Source of the DNA: Terriglobia bacterium | Lineage (GTDB): Bacteria > Acidobacteriota > Terriglobia > Acidiferrales > UBA7541 | Assembly (NCBI GenBank): GCA_041497315.1 | Contig: JBGQGH010000002.1 | Span: 4,270-68,269 of the forward strand | DNA: 64,000 nucleotides | Direction: 5' to 3' | Shown: piece by piece, positions 45,880 to 55,387 of the stretch | Numbering within the stretch: position 1 is the first letter of the stretch | How the letters are laid out: each line of letters begins with the position of its first letter | Made by a program: the position numbers and the translations under genes | Notes under the pieces: generated by a model | What the model saw: only the letters and a program-made list of their open reading frames with translations | Databases searched by the model: none | What the model was told of the DNA's origin: nothing

Positions 45880-46752
45880 TCACCGACCGCCACGCAGAAT
45901 CTGATCGGTGACGCGGGCGACCTGAACCATCTCGGCGACGTCGTGGACGCGGACAATATGCGCTCCGCCGAGAATCGCCGCGGCAACCGTGGAGGCTGTG
46001 CCCCACACGCGTTCTTCGGGCGGAGCGGGCTTGCCGTCATGAGCCAGCGTCGCGCCGAGAAACGCTTTGCGGGAAGTGCCGACAAGGAGCGGAAAACCGA
46101 GGCGCGCAAGTTCCGGCAAACGTGCGAGGAGTTCGTAGTTCTGCGAGTAACGCTTGCCGAAACCAATGCCGGGATCGAGCACGATCTGCGATTTCGTGAG
46201 GCCTGCTTTGCGCGCGCGAGCGACGGCGGCGCGCAAGCCGCTCGTGACGTCGCGCAAGACATCACGCGCGAACGGGCCCTGCTGCATCGTGCGCGGTTCG
46301 CCTCGCATGTGCATCAGGATGATCGGAAGGCGATGCCGGCGCGCGATTGCGGCCAGCGCGGGATCCGAGCGCAGCGCCGAAACGTCATTCAGTATTTCCG
46401 CGCCCGCGGCGATGGCGGCTTCGGCAACCGCAGACCTCCGCGTGTCCACGGAAATGGGAATTTTCAGGCGGCCGCGCAGTCCTTCGAGCACCGGCAGGAT
46501 GCGGCGCAGCTCTTCCTCCACAGTGACCCGCGCCGAACCCGGGCGCGTGGATTCGCCGCCAATGTCGAGCAAATCGGCGCCGGCGCGCTCCATCTCGTAG
46601 GCGCGCTCGACGGCCGCCCGCGGATCGAGAAACTTGCCGCCGTCGGAAAAACTGTCCGGCGTAACGTTGAGGACTCCCATGACCAGCGTGCGCTCGCCAA
46701 GGACGAGCGTGCGCGAAGGCAGCCGCAGGCGGAATCGATTACGCCAGAACAC
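45880..46752 (-). CDS. folP: dihydropteroate synthase
   Basis: Motifs VMGVLNVTPDSFSDGG, DIGGESTRPG, ISVDT and LVGTSRK. GTG start. Confidence 0.95.
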   Translation of the reverse strand: MFWRNRFRLRLPSRTLVLGERTLVMGVLNVTPDSFSDGGKFLDPRAAVERAYEMERAGADLLDIGGESTRPGSARVTVEEELRRILPVLEGLRGRLKIPISVDTRRSAVAEAAIAAGAEILNDVSALRSDPALAAIARRHRLPIILMHMRGEPRTMQQGPFARDVLRDVTSGLRAAVARARKAGLTKSQIVLDPGIGFGKRYSQNYELLARLPELARLGFPLLVGTSRKAFLGATLAHDGKPAPPEERVWGTASTVAAAILGGAHIVRVHDVAEMVQVARVTDQILRGGR

Positions 46753-47061
46753 GGGAAGAGATTAAACCACTGTTGGGAGAAAGGAGGTAGAGGAGGTAAA
46801 GGAAATAAAGGACTTGGGGGAGCGGGAAAACCTGAGACATGGTTCTACTGGGCAAGACCGGCAGGAGCCGGGTCTGGGCGCGACGAGGGACTCGCTAATG
46901 GCCCGGTGTTCCGCGAGACACCGGGGCAAGATTCGACGCGCGCTTCGGGCATGTGGGAGGGTAGCTGGACCTGCTGCCCGGCCCGGAGAATGGCTCCTAT
47001 TGCGAAGGAGCGGCACACACGCGGCGGGACTGCCGCTGATACCAAAGGATTTAGGCTTCGC

Positions 47062-48240
47062 CTACCGGCCAGCGGGGATGTAATACGATCCGCGATGGAT
47101 GGCGCGGACTCCGGCGCGATCGGCGATCTCGACGCGCAGCGCGTGCCAGCCGGGGCGGGCCACGGGCGCCGATGAATAGAAACCGAGCGTGTACTGCGCG
47201 GAGAGAGTTTCGGCGATGCGGCGATAGACCTCGCTGAGCGTGCCGATCTCGCGCAAGAAATAGAGCCGCCCACCAGCGCGCCGCACGAGTTCCGCGAGAT
47301 ACGCGGTGTAGGCGGGAATGCCCAACTCGCGCGTTTTGTCCGAAACGAGCATGGCCTCGGCGTGCCCCGCGAGCCAGTCTTCCGTCATGGCTTTCGGGCG
47401 CGTCGCGGTGGAGACGGCGTAGAGTTCGATCCCCGCCGCGGCCAGCGCGCGCGCCACGTCTTCAAACGTCAGCCGGTCGGCGTCCTTCCCCGTTTTCGGC
47501 GCGGCGGTATAGGGATCCCAAGTGAGGCCGAGTCCGCTGTCTTCGCCGTCGGTCAACAGGACGATGGCCTTGCGGCCGGTGCGCCCGCGAAAAAGCTCCG
47601 CAGCCGCGAGATAGACCGCCTGATAGATATTCGACTTCGACGAATCCTCGACGCGCGCGAGGGCATTCGAATCGAGCGCCTTTTCGAGGGCCGCGCGGTC
47701 GCGCGAAAACGGCAGCAGGAGATGCGCTTGGGCGGAAAACGAAACCACGGCGACTTCGTCCAATGGAGAAAGTTTTTCCGCCAGGGCGCGCGCCGCGGTT
47801 TTCATCTGCGCGAGTTCGCGGAAGATGCTGGGGCTGGCGTCGAGAACCAGCACGATGCTGGCGGCCTCGGTCGAAGCGTCGAAATGCGCGATGGATTGCG
47901 CGGCGCCGTCTTCGTAAAGGCGGAAATCGCGCTCGGTGAGGCCGCGAATGCTCAAGCCGTCCGGCGCGAGGACGTTGCAGCCGACTTCGACAAGATCCAC
48001 CTGGCGGCGAATCGTCCCGGGGCCGGGCGCATTTTCATCCGGCGCGCCGGGCGTCGCGGCAGATTTCACCGGCACGCGGCGGAGTTCGGCGGTGGCCGGA
48101 TCGCGCTTGAAAACGTAGCCGCTGCCAAGTTCTCCGGAGCGTGGTGGCCGCTGTTTCGCTGGTTTGTTCTGCGCGCGAACAAGACCCGGCGTGAGGATCA
48201 GCGCGGCAGCGGCGATGGCAAGTGCGGCAATGGTGCGCAT
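47062..48240 (-). CDS. VWA-domain protein of the VWFA-related acidobacterial type
   Basis: Signal peptide MRTIAALAIAAAALILTPGLVRAQ and a MIDAS-like IVLVLDASPS ... VAVVSFS ... VLLTDGEDS. The listed ORF start (48354) is over-extended. Confidence 0.8.
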   Translation of the reverse strand: MRTIAALAIAAAALILTPGLVRAQNKPAKQRPPRSGELGSGYVFKRDPATAELRRVPVKSAATPGAPDENAPGPGTIRRQVDLVEVGCNVLAPDGLSIRGLTERDFRLYEDGAAQSIAHFDASTEAASIVLVLDASPSIFRELAQMKTAARALAEKLSPLDEVAVVSFSAQAHLLLPFSRDRAALEKALDSNALARVEDSSKSNIYQAVYLAAAELFRGRTGRKAIVLLTDGEDSGLGLTWDPYTAAPKTGKDADRLTFEDVARALAAAGIELYAVSTATRPKAMTEDWLAGHAEAMLVSDKTRELGIPAYTAYLAELVRRAGGRLYFLREIGTLSEVYRRIAETLSAQYTLGFYSSAPVARPGWHALRVEIADRAGVRAIHRGSYYIPAGR

Positions 48241-48281
48241 GAGTGCGAGAACGGATGGTTCGTCCCCGGATTCAGTATGCC

Positions 48282-48326
48282 AGAAGAGGGACTGCTCGGC
48301 CGCTGCACGGCCTCGAAATGACAAAC
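48282..48326. repeat. REP-like palindromic intergenic element, copy 1
   Basis: AGAAGAGGGACTGCTCG-GCCGctgcaCGGC-CTCGAAATGACAAAC. It shares the conserved flanks and variable central hairpin of copies 2 and 3. Confidence 0.6.
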
Positions 48327-48346
48327 GGAAAGATTCTACGCGGCCT

Positions 48347-48655
48347 TCAATCAATATCGAAATCGCGGATGGGCTTTTCGATGGGCTGGTCTTTGGCTTT
48401 CTTCAGGGCTTCTTCGAACTTGCGGTTGAGCACGTCTTCTTTTTTCTTTTCCGCTTCCCACGAATCGCGGAATTTGTCTTCGCGCCGCTGAGCTTGTTCC
48501 TGAAGGATGCGCGCGGTATCGGAGAGGTCCACATCCGGCGCGACGCGCCGCGGAGCTTCATGCGAAAGCACGACGGCGAGCTGCGGGTCCACCGTCAGTT
48601 TGGACTTGCAGCAGGGGCAGAGAACTTCGATCGGCGCAGCGAGTTTCTTGGCCAT
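48347..48655 (-). CDS. small zinc-ribbon-like protein with a charged helical tail
   Basis: MAKKLAAPIEVLCPCCKSKLTV followed by a Lys/Glu-rich region. Length is 102 aa. Confidence 0.6.
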   Translation of the reverse strand: MAKKLAAPIEVLCPCCKSKLTVDPQLAVVLSHEAPRRVAPDVDLSDTARILQEQAQRREDKFRDSWEAEKKKEDVLNRKFEEALKKAKDQPIEKPIRDFDID

Positions 48656-48702
48656 GTGCGTATTCTACGTCAGATAGAGGCCAACGGAGGAGGTCAGAGG
48701 AA

Positions 48703-48754
48703 GAAGAGGGATTCCTCGGGCCGACCCGGAAGATCGGCCCTCGGAATGACAAAC
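48703..48754. repeat. REP-like palindromic intergenic element, copy 2
   Basis: AGAAGAGGGATTCCTCG-GGCCGAcccggaagaTCGGCC-CTCGGAATGACAAAC. Confidence 0.6.
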
Positions 48755-48773
48755 CTGACTAAATGAATGCCGA

Positions 48774-50705
<1,932 letters not shown>

Positions 50706-50737
50706 GATTCCCTCACCTTACGGGTCCCATCCCGCTC

Positions 50738-51316
50738 CTACTTTTTTCTCCGGCCGCCGGCGCGTTTGCGGCCGGAGGCGCGCCGGGCGGCGGGGAGCAC
50801 GCCAACGAACGGCAGATTTCGATAAAGACCGCGGCTCTCGGAGAGGCCGTAGCCCACCAAGTAATTAGATGCAGCAGCGAAGCCTGAGTAATGCGGCTCC
50901 AAGGCCACTCTTCGCGCTTCCGGGCGATCCAAGAGGACCGCGAGGCGCAGCGAGCGCGGGCGGCTCTCCTCGATACGCTTCACCAGAAAATCGTGAGTGA
51001 TGCCCGAGTGCAAGAGGGCATCCACGAGCAAAACGTCGCGCCCCTTCAGATTCGGCTGCCGCGAGAAAACGACCTCGCGGCGTTCATGCCCGCCCTGCTT
51101 GAAATCGCGAATCTCGGAACGCACAAAATGGCAGACCACCGGACGGTTGATGCGCCGCACCAGGTCCGCACCGAAAACGAAAGCGTTCTCGAGGATGATG
51201 ACCACATCCACGGTCCGCCCGGCATAGTCACGGGAAATGGCGCGACCCAAACTCGCGACGCGGGCAGCCACCCGGGACGCGGAATAGGCTGTCTTCACGC
51301 CGCCACCCACCGTCAC
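50738..51316 (-). CDS. hpt: hypoxanthine phosphoribosyltransferase
   Basis: PRPP motif VLLVDALLHSGIT and YLVGYGLS. The likely GTG start at 51316 overlaps the tilS stop (GTGA). The listed 265-aa ORF is over-extended. Confidence 0.85.
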   Translation of the reverse strand: MTVGGGVKTAYSASRVAARVASLGRAISRDYAGRTVDVVIILENAFVFGADLVRRINRPVVCHFVRSEIRDFKQGGHERREVVFSRQPNLKGRDVLLVDALLHSGITHDFLVKRIEESRPRSLRLAVLLDRPEARRVALEPHYSGFAAASNYLVGYGLSESRGLYRNLPFVGVLPAARRASGRKRAGGRRKK

Positions 51317-52788
51317 AGCTCTTCCTCTGCGACCACCAGGCCGGACTTCGTTCCCGGGCGCGCGGCGAATTCCTCCGCCACCGGCAATTCGCGGGCCCAG
51401 ACCAAAGACCCGGCGCTGGTCAAGACCGGCCACCCGGCCCTCTCGCGCACCGCCACCCGGTTCGCCAGCAGCAGGCGCTTCAGCTTGTGCGGGTGCCGGC
51501 GGCCGCGCGGCCGATAGGAATCCCCCGGGCGCCAATTGCGCAAGACCAGAGGCGGACGGAGCAAGTCCCGATCGAGGGCTTCGGCCAGACTTCTAGTGTC
51601 GCTCCGCGCCGCAGGCCAGTCAATGACTTTCAGGCAGAAGCGCCTGCCGATTTCCGGGACTGAAACAGAGGCGGGCTGAGCGCCGGACAGCTCCACCGAA
51701 TACTCATACGTCTTGGAGGCCAAATCGGATTCCGGCTCACCAGTAGTGCCGGAAGGCCGATTTGCGAGTGAGAAAACGATGCGGTCGAAGTCTCTCTGCG
51801 CAATGACGCCTCCGGGAAGCTCGACGCGGTTGCCGCTCCTGCATTCCGTGGCGAGATGCAGCACCTGATCAACGTGCTGCGCCGCGAGTTGCGCCGAGCC
51901 TCCGCGAACCTCGGCGACGATGCGCCGCACCAGGCGCTTGCTGAGGGCTTCGAGGGAGCCGCGGGAACCTGCGTCGGCAAGATCCGGCGGAAACGGCGAC
52001 AGGAGGTCGTCCACGCGGATAGCGACGCCCGCAGGAAGCTTCTCGGTGAGCGCGCGGCAGCGGTCGGCGATGAGAAGATTCCAGAATTCGGCGTCCTCAC
52101 GCGCAAGGGCGGCAAGCTGGCCGAGGCGAGCAACGATTTCGGGCTGGAAGTCGCGCTCCAACTCTGGCAGGAGGTGATGGCGGATCCTGGCGCGAAGGCG
52201 CGAAGTGTCCTGATTCGAAGAATCCTCGCGCCAGGGCTGGCCGAGGGAATTGAGGTACTCACGAAGCTCGGCGCGGCGCACAGAAAGTAGCGGACGAACG
52301 ACATGCCCGGCGATCGGATAGATGGCCGCGAGGCCCGTGGGGCCCGTGCCGCGGAGCAGATGCGCGAGTACGGTCTCGGCCTGATCGTCCGCGGTGTGCG
52401 CGACCGCGACGCGGGTGGCGCGGCCGGACTCCACGACGGATTCGAAGAATCTCAAGCGAAGCCGGCGAGCGGCGTCTTCCAGATTCCAGCCGTTTGCGCG
52501 CGCGGCCGCGGCGACATCTTCCCGCGCGGAAATCAAGGCGAGGCCGTGTTTCGCGGCGAGTTGTGCCACGAACTGTTCATCCGCATCCGCTTCCGCTCCG
52601 CGCAATTGATGATTGAAGTGCAAGACCACAAGCCGGACACCTAACTCCTCGCGGAGTTCTGCGAGCAAGAGCAGAAGCGCTACCGAATCCGCGCCGCCGG
52701 AAACGGCCACACCCACGGTGTCGCCGGGCGCCAGCATGTGATGCCGGGAGATGGCGGCCTTTACGCTCTCGTGAAGCTTGGATTTCAT
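51313..52788 (-). CDS. tilS: tRNA(Ile)-lysidine synthase
   Basis: PP-loop VGVAVSGGADSVALLLLL and HFNHQLRG...D. Lies in the tilS-hpt-ftsH synteny. Confidence 0.9.
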   Translation of the reverse strand: MKSKLHESVKAAISRHHMLAPGDTVGVAVSGGADSVALLLLLAELREELGVRLVVLHFNHQLRGAEADADEQFVAQLAAKHGLALISAREDVAAAARANGWNLEDAARRLRLRFFESVVESGRATRVAVAHTADDQAETVLAHLLRGTGPTGLAAIYPIAGHVVRPLLSVRRAELREYLNSLGQPWREDSSNQDTSRLRARIRHHLLPELERDFQPEIVARLGQLAALAREDAEFWNLLIADRCRALTEKLPAGVAIRVDDLLSPFPPDLADAGSRGSLEALSKRLVRRIVAEVRGGSAQLAAQHVDQVLHLATECRSGNRVELPGGVIAQRDFDRIVFSLANRPSGTTGEPESDLASKTYEYSVELSGAQPASVSVPEIGRRFCLKVIDWPAARSDTRSLAEALDRDLLRPPLVLRNWRPGDSYRPRGRRHPHKLKRLLLANRVAVRERAGWPVLTSAGSLVWARELPVAEEFAARPGTKSGLVVAEEEL

Positions 52789-52883
52789 TGCAGCCTGCGC
52801 AGCGATGCCTTTCCTCGAAGGGTATGTTAACAGCCCGGAAGCGGAAGGAACAATGCGAGCGGCTGGAAACGCGTGTCAGTCAA

Positions 52884-53294
52884 TCAGAAGTTGGTTGAGG
52901 ATTGCTCGGCCAGGAGGTCGCGGCTGTGGGCGATGCGGTGATCCAGCGCGACGGCTGCGAAATACGCGCAGGCCTGCCGCTCTGCTTCGGCCCAGTCGGC
53001 CACCGTTGGCGCCAGCCGCCGCCCCGTGTCCCGAAGTAGGTTCATCATGCGGAAATAGAGCCCCACGGCGCGCAGGCGATTGCCGTCCGCGCCCGCTTCG
53101 GGGCAAAGCTGGATCAACTGCACAAGCCTGCCGAATTCATCGCCCGCGACCGAACGGCCGTTGATGCCGGTGACTTCCCGCGCGTCCAAAGAGAGCTCCT
53201 CCCCCGCACAAGCCGCGATCAGGGACCGGCAGTAGGAGACGAAGAACTGCAGCAAGACAGCAAAGGAGACCGCGAGAATAAGAGCCGCGATCAT
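52884..53294 (-). CDS. hypothetical N-terminally anchored protein
   Basis: ATG 53294 overlaps the stop of the upstream 7-TM gene (ATGA). It has one TM (MIAALILAVSFAVLLQFFV) and a helical domain. I recognise no family. Confidence 0.5.
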   Translation of the reverse strand: MIAALILAVSFAVLLQFFVSYCRSLIAACAGEELSLDAREVTGINGRSVAGDEFGRLVQLIQLCPEAGADGNRLRAVGLYFRMMNLLRDTGRRLAPTVADWAEAERQACAYFAAVALDHRIAHSRDLLAEQSSTNF

Positions 53295-53986
53295 CGGTTC
53301 TGCGCGGTCAGGCGAGCAGGAGCCAGACGCGCGTCCTCCGAAACTCTCCAAAACGTGTAAGCCCAAGCCAGCGGCAAAAATGTGCCTGCCAGCGGAGGGA
53401 TGAATTTCGTGATGGGGAGGCCGGGATACATGTTGCGCAGGGCATACGCGCCGGCTGAAGCGCTGAAGTAAATCCCCAATGCCAGAACGAGTTGGACGAG
53501 CCGCGTGCGCGTCTCGCGCAACTTGATCACCGCGGCCCAGAGCAAGTACGTTAGAACCACGCCGACAAAATACAGATTCTGGGAAAGCTCCACAACGAAG
53601 TGATTGGTGAGCTGCGTCCGGTGCTCCCGGACCACCAGGTAGGAAAACACGACCGTCGCGCCGAGCAGCACAATCGAACCAGCGCGGATTTGCCGGCTGA
53701 CACCCATCTCCTTGAAGACGAGCTGGTAGAGGGCAAGCACTGAGATGTAGAGAAAGATGGTCCAGAGCGCGTCTGAGTAGTAGTAAAAATACTTGTACTC
53801 GATGGAGGAGAAGCCGAACCGTTGAAAGACAAAAAACCTGGCGATGTTGATGCCGAAAGCGCCCAACATGCTGAGAATTAAGGCGAAATACCAGTCGAGG
53901 GAGCGGCTGCGGAATGAATACACCACCACGGCCGCCTCGAGAAGAGCACTTCCGAACCAGAGGACGTAATCAATCGGACCTAGCAC
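53291..53986 (-). CDS. hypothetical polytopic (about 7 TM) membrane protein
   Basis: Seven hydrophobic segments, rich in aromatic residues (YKYFYYYSDALW). GC looks lower than the core genes by eye (not counted). I recognise no family. Confidence 0.6.
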   Translation of the reverse strand: MLGPIDYVLWFGSALLEAAVVVYSFRSRSLDWYFALILSMLGAFGINIARFFVFQRFGFSSIEYKYFYYYSDALWTIFLYISVLALYQLVFKEMGVSRQIRAGSIVLLGATVVFSYLVVREHRTQLTNHFVVELSQNLYFVGVVLTYLLWAAVIKLRETRTRLVQLVLALGIYFSASAGAYALRNMYPGLPITKFIPPLAGTFLPLAWAYTFWRVSEDARLAPARLTAQNR

Positions 53987-54048
53987 GCGAGCCCATTCTG
54001 CCCGCCCGCGGCTTATCCCAAGTAAGTTGTCAGGTCAACTTCGACCTG

Positions 54049-54414
54049 TTACTTGACGCGCCACGGGTCAGGCGGAACTGGTGCCCCGCCGACTTTCCAC
54101 GGATCCGGGGGTACCGGCGCTCCGCCAACTTTCCATGGATCGGGCGGAACTGGTGCTCCACCCACTTTCCACGGATCTGGCGGAACCGGGGCCCCACCGA
54201 CTTTCCATGGGTCCGGCGGAACCGGCGCCCCGCCAACCTTCCATGGATCGGGCGGTACAGGTGCTCCACCCACTCTCCATGGATCTGGCGGAACTGGTGC
54301 TCCACCTACGGCCACTTCGATCGTCCCAGCCTTGCTGACTGTCAGGGCGCGAATCCCAACTGCGCCTGCCAGCACAAACAAGGCAAGTGCGACCACCACA
54401 GTTACCTTCTGCAT
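54049..54414 (-). CDS. exported/anchored protein consisting of a signal/anchor plus 7 x GGAPVPPDPW(K/R)V repeats
   Basis: SD GGAGGG 7 nt upstream of the ATG. N-terminal hydrophobic segment VTVVVALALFVLAGAVGI. The rest is seven perfect 12-aa units. Confidence 0.65.
   Translation of the reverse strand: MQKVTVVVALALFVLAGAVGIRALTVSKAGTIEVAVGGAPVPPDPWRVGGAPVPPDPWKVGGAPVPPDPWKVGGAPVPPDPWKVGGAPVPPDPWKVGGAPVPPDPWKVGGAPVPPDPWRVK
54055..54306 (-). repeat. tandem 36-bp x 7 coding repeat
   Basis: Unit boundaries are 54055, 54091, 54127, 54163, 54199, 54235 and 54271. The units differ at third-codon positions only, apart from K/R. Confidence 0.9.
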
Positions 54415-54783
54415 TCAGGTCCCTCCGAGCGAGACAGCATTGCTCGGGCGGGACTATATGGTGGTCAAGGCCTATTTCATAGGACCATTAGGACGATTTT
54501 GTGTCCAAAGGGTAAACACCTCCGGCTTTTGACCCGCCGGGAGGGGTATTCCCCACCCGGGCGGGCCAGCCAGTTCCTAGTTTCCCGCCAAGATGGTAGG
54601 GGATGCGGTAGGAGGATAGCTACAGTACGCTGGTACCAGCGGAATGGGACTTTCGTACTACAAGGGCGCTCCTGACAGCGGATTACCACACTGACGGGTA
54701 TCGCATCAGGGCGGGGATCCCAAGGGGGGGAACCCCTCCGTCCGGGTGGGGAAGACTGAGTGAACTGTATCCCCCCGTTCGGC

Positions 54784-54813
54784 TTGACTTGTCCCTGAGG
54801 GGGTCCTTAACAT
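54784..54813 (+). promoter_or_regulatory. candidate sigma70-type promoter for the tRNA
   Basis: TTGACT (54784-54789), an 18-nt spacer, then TAACAT (54808-54813), which ends 17 nt before the tRNA 5' end. Confidence 0.3.
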
Positions 54814-54830
54814 GAGAACCCTACTGCTGT

Positions 54831-54905
54831 GCCGGTGTAGCTCAGGGGTAGAGCGAGGGTCTCATAATCCCTAGGTCGTGGGTTCGAGTCCCACCGCCGG
54901 CACCA
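54831..54905 (+). tRNA. tRNA with anticodon CAT (elongator Met, or Ile2 if lysidine-modified)
   Basis: Hand-folded cloverleaf. Acceptor GCCGGTG/CGCCGGC, D arm GCTC-AGGGGTA-GAGC, anticodon loop CTCATAA, T arm GTGGG-TTCGAGT-CCCAC, discriminator A and encoded CCA. The G1-C72 pair argues against an initiator. Confidence 0.9.
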
Positions 54906-55090
54906 GATTCCCCCCATTATCCCCGTGGAATCTCTCGACCGTCCAACTGGAAAGGAATTTCGAGGAAACCTAGAAGGTCATGGTTCTTTGCGTGCGGAGT
55001 TGCAGTCGACTCAGAACGGGCAAAGCCGGCGAAGCTGTCATCTGGCCGCCGATTCCCCGCCGGCTCAAACCACCCGGCTGTTCAACACAC

Positions 55091-55309
55091 CTAAGGCATT
55101 TGGAACGCGAGAAAGCGCAGTTTGGAGTCGTGCTCGACCTGCAGGACGACGGCACTGCCCGGTTTCATGGCATCGAGGGCGGCTCGCAGGCTTTGGTGGC
55201 TTGATATCGAAACGCCGTTGACCGCGTGGATGACGTCGCCGGTGACGAGAGAATTGTCCGCGGCGCTGGGCTCGAGGGCGCGAGCAACGACGATGACTCC
55301 GGAGGGCAT
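55091..55309 (-). CDS. second PDZ domain fragment of the HtrA/DegQ protease (separated from the main ORF by an in-frame TAG)
   Basis: GVIVVARALEPSAADNSLVTGDVIHAVNGVSISS...VVLQVE is a canonical PDZ. It lies in the same frame as 55388-56515, and the open frame runs from 55387. Confidence 0.6.
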   Translation of the reverse strand: MPSGVIVVARALEPSAADNSLVTGDVIHAVNGVSISSHQSLRAALDAMKPGSAVVLQVEHDSKLRFLAFQMP

Positions 55310-55387
55310 GCGAAGATCGGAGAGAACTCTGGCGATCCTTTCGTCAATTTCGATGCCGAGGATGCCCAGTTTGCGGACGAGGTTTTT

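Noticed and set aside
46770-46825. A purine-rich tract with reiterated AGGAGGTA / AAGGA motifs upstream of folP (CU-rich on the folP-sense strand). It could be a leader or small RNA.
   Set aside because: I could not identify a partner sequence, a convincing structure or an ORF (the 89-aa ORF 46814-47083 looks like nonsense). Without conservation or expression data I cannot support a feature.
54055-54306. A 36-bp periodic repeat that an automated tool might call as a CRISPR array.
   Set aside because: The units are contiguous with no spacers. They lie inside an ORF that has a signal peptide and an SD, and they vary only at synonymous positions. There are no cas genes in the window.
54831-55090. 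Possible genomic-island integration at the tRNA.
   Set aside because: There is no integrase or recombinase gene on either side, and I did not spot a duplicated copy of the tRNA 3' end in the window. The next gene is the htrA-type protease, a core-type gene.
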